Source: Bigelowiella natans CCMP2755 (taxonomy: Eukaryota; Protista; Cercozoa). Taken from it: DNA of 64,000 nt. The stretch's first letter is position 1; the number at the start of each line of letters is the position of its first letter. The notes below the pieces were generated by a model. That model was not told the origin of the DNA and did not search any database. It saw only the letters and a list, made by a program, of their open reading frames with translations. The DNA lies in contig ADNK01002498.1 of the NCBI GenBank assembly GCA_000320545.1, positions 1-64,000 of the forward strand, written 5' to 3'. This document shows, in pieces, positions 60,721 through 64,000 of this stretch. Made by a program: the position numbers and the translations under genes.

Positions 60721-63700
60721 ATGTCAGAAAAGCAGATAGACTCCCTGCTGAAAAACTTCACCCTCAAGTACGATGGTAGCAACTACAAGCCCTACATGTA
60801 CAAGCTAATGTCCGCCTTTGAAGCAGCGGATTTGGAATCATGCTTCAATGTCAACATAGAAACAGAAGGAAAGGTGACAGAAGTCAATGTACGCACCGAC
60901 CCCGCTCACCGACGAGAAGTACTCAAGCTCTCTCAGGAGCAATTCGACATCCTCAACCCTAAACCCGAAGGAAGAGGATCACAAGAAAAGATAAACAAAA
61001 GAAAGAGAGGAAGATTCTTCCTCACTGCTACCCTTCCTGATAAATTCTTCGATCTACTCGAAGGAAAACCCAAAGACGTAGCAGTTACCTTAGCAGCCTT
61101 GCTGGAGAAGTACGAGCCTACCAATCCTGTAGCCGTCAGGAAACTTTATTCGAAGCTAAGTGATATAAACATGGGTCAGTACAATGGAGACTTCACGAAG
61201 TATCATTCTGACCTTGACTCGACGATCAGAAGACTTCGAGCACAGCACGAAGGATACTCCGACAATCAAGCTCTTACCACTCTACTTCGAGGACTTGTAC
61301 CTAGAGAAAAATACGAGACTATAGTAACAGTCATTAACAACAAGAAAGATGTTACCTTCGACTCTGCAGTGGACATGATCCGCTCCCACATGAACTCCCG
61401 ATCGTTAGATGACGGGCAGAAACCTTCAAAGAAACATGCAGGACACACCAGTGCAGAACACAAATACGTGAAGATGTACGATGGCTTGGAGAAAAGGCTA
61501 AATGAACTTACGGGTCAGCTGAAGACCTACAAGAGGAAATTCAACAAAGGAAAGAACAGATACAACAGCGAAGCATATCAAGACAATTCCAAGAAGCAAA
61601 AGAGAGAAGACTATTTCTTGAACTTAAAGAAAAGAACAAAATGCCATTACTGTGGCAAGAAAGGACATTGGGAAAAGGAATGCAGAAACAAGATGAGAGA
61701 CGAAGGCAAGCAGAACAAAGGAAAACACTATTCTTTTATAGATCATGGCTCCCCTTCCCAAAGACCCTCTTACATTAATAAGATGGCACGCGACAATTCT
61801 TACCTGCACACGCTGAAGTACAACCATAAGCCTTTGATCCTTCTCGACAGCGGAGCCAACAACCACTTCTTCTGCGACCGCGACTTCTTCAACGAGTTGA
61901 AACCTATTCAACCACGATACATAGAAGTTGGCAAAGATGGGACAGGATTCTTTGTGGATTATGCAGGCGACGTCGAACTAACTACGAAAAACAAGCAAGG
62001 AAAGATGCATAAAATTGTTCTACAAGGAGCTTTGTACTCTGAAGAAGCTGCAGGCAATGTGATTTCTCTAAACAGACTAGTTAAGAGTGGCAGCGAGTAC
62101 AAAGGAACAAAACAAGGAATAAGCATTACCGCCAACGGAGAGGAATACGCGTTCGGGGACTTTCAAGACGACGGCCTATTTTATTTGAGATATAAACAAA
62201 TAAACAAAAGTACAAAAACACAAAGATTTAAATCCTACCCAATGAAACAGCCATCTTCAATCAAGCACGCACATAACATCCTAGGGCACATCGCAGCGGA
62301 TAAGATAAGAGACACCTATGCAGTTACAGAAGGTTTACCTTATTCCAAGACGATAAAAATACCAAAGAAGATCTTTTGCAAGGCCTGTGATGTAGCCAAA
62401 ACAAAAAGATCTCCGATCTTTGATCCAAGCGCCCAAGAAAGGATGAAACAGCATCGGAATAAAGCAAAGATTGAGGACGATGCTGTCAAAAAGAAGCAAA
62501 AATGTGTACCTGTTATCCACAAGAAAAACCGGATGTGGAATAGAATTCACTCTGATGTAAAGACCATGCCTAACAGCATGGATGGTTACAAGTATTTCGT
62601 AATATTCGTACATGAAGGAACAAGGTGGGTTACCTTGGAGCTTATGAGAAAGAAAAGCGAAGTTACGCAGAAAACCATACAGTTCCTAAAGCACATCAGA
62701 AAGCTTCCAGGTTGTGGAAGCATAGACGAATTCAGATCGGATGGTGGAGGTGAATATATGAGCGCAAAGCTACATAGCTGGCTCACCTCCGAAGGAATAA
62801 AATGGGTTCCTAGCACCGCCCGAACACCTGAGCAAAATGGAATGTCCGAGCGTCACATACAGACTATCATGGCGAAAACAAGAGCTATGTTAGAACATGC
62901 ACGCTTACCGGTCGGATACTGGTCCTACGCAGCTCAGACTGCAGCATATCTCCACAACGTCACCTCACATCGCAGCACACCTGGTAGAAAAACGCCTAAA
63001 GAACTACTGCACCATGAGCAACCAAATCTAAAGAATCTAACTACCTGGGGATGCATCGGAGTAAACCACATCGACAAGGAACTCCGACCTGCAGGTGGTA
63101 TGGGTGCTAGAGGTGAATACGTACGTATGTTGGGATATGACGATAGATTTGGTACTTTTCTCGTCGCCACGAAGACGCTGAAAATTAGAAGAGTCCGTGT
63201 AACTAAATGGTACCACACAGTGTTTAAGTTTCCTTCGCTGAAGAGAAACAAAGTTAGTGATTCGGCTTTGGCGTACCTTTATCCAGAAGGTCCTGCCGAC
63301 GCGGACGCCCCCGAACCATCCAGTGCAACTGACGAGTTGCCAGAGGATGGTGGGCCTGAAACAAAAGCAAAAAGTAAACCTCGAAGGTCGAATAGAGAAA
63401 ATAGGGGAGTACCTGGTATTCGTTACGGAATACTTGGTAGCTATTACGACCGCCTGATGAACATAAAAGCTCCATCAGTACAAGAGATCGAGGACCTTCC
63501 TAAGACGTATGACGATGCAATCACAGGAGATGATAAGAAGCATTGGATACCTTCTACGGAAGAGGAACTGCACCAGCTTCGAAAACTTGGAACGTTTACG
63601 CTGGTAGTGCGACCTAAGGATACAAATTTAGTTACATCTAAATGGGTATTCAAGAAGAAAATAAATGTAGACTATACCATTCGGTATAAGTCAAGGCTGG

Positions 63701-64000
63701 TCGCGCGAGGGTTCACGCAGATCCCGGGAGAAGACTTCTTCTTCTCTTATTCCCCGACGTTGTCCCTAAATAGTTTTCGGATAATGTTAGCCATAGCATC
63801 TATCCTCAAGCTAAAACTACACGGGATAGATATACTTACAGCTTTCCTAACTGGAAAGATGGACTGTAAAGTACACATGGAAATACCTAAAGGGTGGAAG
63901 CCGAAGACACCTGAGGAAATCCGGCTATACAACAGTGGCCTTCCACTAGCCCTACTGGTAAACAAAAGCATTTATGGGCTGACACAAGCAAGTGCAATAT
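60721..64000 (+). CDS. Copia Gag-Pol polyprotein (open to the window end, >1090 codons; absent from the ORF track)
   Basis: MSEKQ..YDGSNY; knuckle CHYCGKKGHWEKEC; protease LLDSGANNHF; HNILGH..CKAC; integrase IHSDV, RSDGGGEY, PEQNGMSER; RT PKTYDDA..KWVFKKK..YKSRLVARGFTQ..DILTAFL..KSIYGL. Confidence 0.96.
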   Translation, partial: MSEKQIDSLLKNFTLKYDGSNYKPYMYKLMSAFEAADLESCFNVNIETEGKVTEVNVRTDPAHRREVLKLSQEQFDILNPKPEGRGSQEKINKRKRGRFFLTATLPDKFFDLLEGKPKDVAVTLAALLEKYEPTNPVAVRKLYSKLSDINMGQYNGDFTKYHSDLDSTIRRLRAQHEGYSDNQALTTLLRGLVPREKYETIVTVINNKKDVTFDSAVDMIRSHMNSRSLDDGQKPSKKHAGHTSAEHKYVKMYDGLEKRLNELTGQLKTYKRKFNKGKNRYNSEAYQDNSKKQKREDYFLNLKKRTKCHYCGKKGHWEKECRNKMRDEGKQNKGKHYSFIDHGSPSQRPSYINKMARDNSYLHTLKYNHKPLILLDSGANNHFFCDRDFFNELKPIQPRYIEVGKDGTGFFVDYAGDVELTTKNKQGKMHKIVLQGALYSEEAAGNVISLNRLVKSGSEYKGTKQGISITANGEEYAFGDFQDDGLFYLRYKQINKSTKTQRFKSYPMKQPSSIKHAHNILGHIAADKIRDTYAVTEGLPYSKTIKIPKKIFCKACDVAKTKRSPIFDPSAQERMKQHRNKAKIEDDAVKKKQKCVPVIHKKNRMWNRIHSDVKTMPNSMDGYKYFVIFVHEGTRWVTLELMRKKSEVTQKTIQFLKHIRKLPGCGSIDEFRSDGGGEYMSAKLHSWLTSEGIKWVPSTARTPEQNGMSERHIQTIMAKTRAMLEHARLPVGYWSYAAQTAAYLHNVTSHRSTPGRKTPKELLHHEQPNLKNLTTWGCIGVNHIDKELRPAGGMGARGEYVRMLGYDDRFGTFLVATKTLKIRRVRVTKWYHTVFKFPSLKRNKVSDSALAYLYPEGPADADAPEPSSATDELPEDGGPETKAKSKPRRSNRENRGVPGIRYGILGSYYDRLMNIKAPSVQEIEDLPKTYDDAITGDDKKHWIPSTEEELHQLRKLGTFTLVVRPKDTNLVTSKWVFKKKINVDYTIRYKSRLVARGFTQIPGEDFFFSYSPTLSLNSFRIMLAIASILKLKLHGIDILTAFLTGKMDCKVHMEIPKGWKPKTPEEIRLYNSGLPLALLVNKSIYGLTQASAI

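Larger units (their letters stand above)
60177..64000 (+). mobile_element. Ty1/Copia LTR retrotransposon, truncated by the window end
   Basis: Putative LTR, primer site and an uninterrupted gag-pol ORF in Gag-PR-INT-RT order. Confidence 0.95.

Noticed and set aside
1-64000. tRNA, rRNA, snRNA genes or telomeric arrays
   Set aside because: None recognised by eye; a covariance-model scan (tRNAscan-SE/Infernal) would be needed to exclude small ncRNAs.

Overview
Gene-dense nuclear DNA of an intron-rich eukaryotic microbe, with short GT-AG introns often filled by (AC)n/(AG)n/(AT)n microsatellites. It looks chlorarachniophyte/rhizarian-like, but that is inference. Host genes, rebuilt by joining ORF fragments across introns: a REJ + GAIN/GPS + 7TM receptor (5' end outside the window), a cytochrome P450, an orphan multi-pass membrane protein, a hidden 3-exon Mdm35/TRIAP1 gene, a sterol-desaturase/fatty-acid-hydroxylase, an Aa_trans amino-acid transporter, a peptidase S51, mitochondrial ribosomal protein L3, a zinc-finger + longin-like protein, an SRCR type-I membrane protein, and a ~13 kb gene for a PARP-like ADP-ribosyltransferase + vWA protein. 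Two intact LTR retrotransposons are the most unusual content. (1) A complete Ty3/Gypsy element (10538-16253, identical 326-bp LTRs, TCAA target-site duplication). Its polyprotein has a compact DD(27)E integrase and ends in a domain resembling the Dam-like N6-adenine methyltransferase of DIRS elements, with a degenerate catalytic motif. (2) A Ty1/Copia element (from ~60177, running off the window end). Its 5' LTR carries 16 perfect nGAAn heat-shock-element pentamers and is followed by a half-tRNA-iMet primer site. Intergenic spacers are strongly TGCA/CATG-rich, consistent with decay of methylated CpG. All domain calls come from motif recognition by eye, not database searches.
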